A DNA stretch of 64,000 bases from Bugula neritina. Its lineage: Eukaryota; Animalia; Bryozoa. The stretch spans positions 11,180,463 through 11,244,462 of the forward strand of contig OZ037770.1 of the NCBI GenBank assembly GCA_964035545.1, in the 5' to 3' direction. Below are positions 61,695 to 64,000 of the stretch, in pieces (the first letter of the stretch is position 1; every line of letters starts with the position of its first letter). The position numbers and the translations under genes are program-made. Below the pieces are notes generated by a model. It did no database searches and was not told the origin of the DNA. It saw nothing but the letters and a program-made list of their open reading frames with translations.

Positions 61695-62621
61695 TTAGGC
61701 TGGTTGTATCCTGACTTTCTTAACTCGAAGTAGTCTCATGATGTGGGATCTGTAGCCAGGAGTCATCACGATGTATACAATAATGTTTAAAGTACCATAA
61801 ATAGCTTGGTAATAAATAGATATCCACCTGGTCACAATAGTCAGTCTCCTTGGCAAAGCTTCAATTACATCGAAGACAACTGCTAGAAAAGTTGGAACAT
61901 ATAGCAAGTAAAACGTAACACAAATAGTTAAAATGTATTGAGCTGATCTTTTCACCATTAACTCATCTGCTCCAGCTGTGTTCCTTTGTTGCATTCTTCT
62001 AAGTTCTTTCCAAGTTTTGAATAGCAGAATCACACACGTTGTTAAAGTTATTGTTATGGAGCTTGCAAACACTACATCAGTTTGAACATTGAAATCAATT
62101 GGCATGGATCCAAAGACGCTAAAACAGTAGCTCCTAGTGTCAGAGGCTAAGAAAGCAGCCATTACAATAAAACTAACTATCCAGATTGCTCCAAGAAAAG
62201 CTCCTAAGTTGTTAAGCACTTTGTCTGTCTGTACATTGAATGGTCGGCATATGGAAACATATCTTTCATAGCTACCAGTTACCAAGATGAGATTTCGAGC
62301 CAAGTATGTGGCAAAACCAAGTATGTTGATTATCACTTGATACACTAGTACCTCTTTATCGAAGAGTTTTACCACAAGCCTGTTCAGATCACAGCTAACA
62401 AGTAAAGTAAAGATTGTACCTGTGGCTATGTCTGAAATCCCAATGTTAACTACGACCCAAAAATACCCATTTCTCTTTGACTTGTCCAAAGTTTTCAGCA
62501 CAATCAAGTTTAGAATGTTGCATACAACACTAAACATGTTGAGTACCATTGAGGTTGTAGGAATAGTTGAATCAGCACAGAGTTCTGTTACATCGTCACA
62601 CAGGAAACTGTTGTTCTCCAT
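61695..62621 (-). CDS. Intronless class A GPCR, 308 aa, paralog 2
   Basis: Same length and motifs as 43975-44901 with scattered substitutions; ATG at 62621. Confidence 0.9.
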   Translation of the reverse strand: MENNSFLCDDVTELCADSTIPTTSMVLNMFSVVCNILNLIVLKTLDKSKRNGYFWVVVNIGISDIATGTIFTLLVSCDLNRLVVKLFDKEVLVYQVIINILGFATYLARNLILVTGSYERYVSICRPFNVQTDKVLNNLGAFLGAIWIVSFIVMAAFLASDTRSYCFSVFGSMPIDFNVQTDVVFASSITITLTTCVILLFKTWKELRRMQQRNTAGADELMVKRSAQYILTICVTFYLLYVPTFLAVVFDVIEALPRRLTIVTRWISIYYQAIYGTLNIIVYIVMTPGYRSHIMRLLRVKKVRIQPA

Positions 62622-63304
62622 CTTCTTGCTGCTAGTTTTTAGGAGTATCAAGTATACAATTTCTGAAAGATTTTATTTCGAGCAGCTTACAAGTTCAAGG
62701 TGTTTCAGCTTGAAGTCAGTTCATCAAATATAATGAAATAGTCAGAAATATATTGTATACTTTGAATAAGTAAAATTACTCAACTTGAGAGAAATGTTTT
62801 AAAATAATTAAAGTTAGAGAATCAATTTTTTGAGATTGTAAAGCTCACTGGAGGTCATGTACAGAAATGTTTTGTTTATTATATGTAGTAAGATTTTATA
62901 GTTTATATATAAGATATTAAGTTAACATAATATGTCGCCGTAGGTTGAAAATGTAATTAATATCATCACTATAATGGATAGCATAGACATGCAGTCATCT
63001 TCTGCTGGTATGTTCAAATCAATTATCTACATGTATGTTTCATTTTGATTTTGTAGAAGGCAAATAAGAGCTAGCCTGACAAACTTATGGTTACTCTCAA
63101 AAGTATGCTAATATACTTGAGGTACTAGAAGGTTGCATTTATGTGCATTCTTTATGTAGCGAAATGTTCCGAGACACAACTGTCTACCTATGATCAAGAA
63201 GTGGTGATGGGCTGTGTACTGACTTATTATACTGAGACTGTGAATTCTCCTTTCTAGCTTTCATATACATTGATGAATATTATCTAACTGACCCAAATTA
63301 AGTT

Positions 63305-63458
63305 TTTTGGTAAATTGGGCCAAGGATTTATTCAAATAGGACACAGGAGAAATTACGACTGAATGCTTTTCCTTACATCACCAACGGCGTTTGTCGGGGT
63401 TCAAACCCATGACTTTCGTGTTTATTAAGCAAACGCACCAACGCCCATAAACCATGGT
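63305..63458 (-). mobile_element. tRNA-derived SINE copy
   Basis: Reverse complement of the head and body of 42322-42516. Confidence 0.65.
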
Positions 63459-64000
63459 TATACTGATACCATACATATATACTGTGATACATATAATATG
63501 AGGTGATTATTAATACTTGTATGAATATTTTCTAACTGATCCAACATAAGTTGGGTAACGCAGCCATGATTGAATACTCAAGAACTTGCTGTATTAAACT
63601 ATATTTTATATTCCTATATATATACTATTCAATGCTACATAAACTACTATATGCAAGTGCTTTGCTATGTTAGCTATATACACTACCATATCCATGTACT
63701 ATTCTATGCTATACACTACTATATACACAAGTGCTATATTCAATGCTATACATTATTACATACTAGTGCTATTCAACGCTATAATTATATTAATACATAC
63801 ACAAGTGCTATTCGATTCTATACACTACTATATATATATATATATATGTAAGTGCTTTGCTATGTCTCATGTATCTGCAAATAATGCACTGTTTGTTGAT
63901 TACAGAGAGAGAGAATAAAGTATAGTTGGGTGTCATCAGAAAAAGGCGATGATTGAACATGACATATAGTGGATATGATGACCCGAGAAGTTGTCTTGCC

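Larger units (their letters stand above)
60625..64000. repeat. Segmental duplicate of the GPCR block at ~42670-46140
   Basis: Colinear similarity from TAGATGTAGCACC(G/A)AGTTGATGC through the GPCR and its upstream region. Confidence 0.85.

Overview
AT-rich nuclear DNA from an invertebrate animal (lophotrochozoan; the mitochondrial gene order and sequence look cheilostome-bryozoan-like, which is inference). (1) 1-7399 is mitochondrial DNA on the minus strand (nad3 fragment-nad2-cox2-trnC-trnS1-cob-nad4L-nad4-trnH-nad5-nad1). Gene lengths are in frame in the invertebrate mitochondrial code, and the block breaks mid-nad3 and joins nuclear sequence, so it is a very young NUMT or a chimeric assembly. 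(2) 7.4-17.1 kb is a transposon cluster: a 2.5-kb non-autonomous Ty3/Gypsy LTR element (decayed gag, no pol, extra C2H2-zinc-finger/coiled-coil ORF), MITEs, and a 3.2-kb element with ~0.9-kb TIRs. (3) 18.4-41 kb holds three tandem multi-exon genes encoding RING-Bbox-Bbox-coiled-coil (TRIM) proteins fused to a degenerate PARP/ART-like domain with hypervariable loops. This is the most interesting system in the window. One intron carries a Penelope-like fragment with a minimal hammerhead ribozyme. (4) 42.7-64 kb has two intronless class A GPCR paralogs flanking three tandem 4-exon genes for secreted PAN/Apple + F-type-lectin proteins. Exon structures were derived by hand from splice consensus and paralog comparison; no database searches were run.
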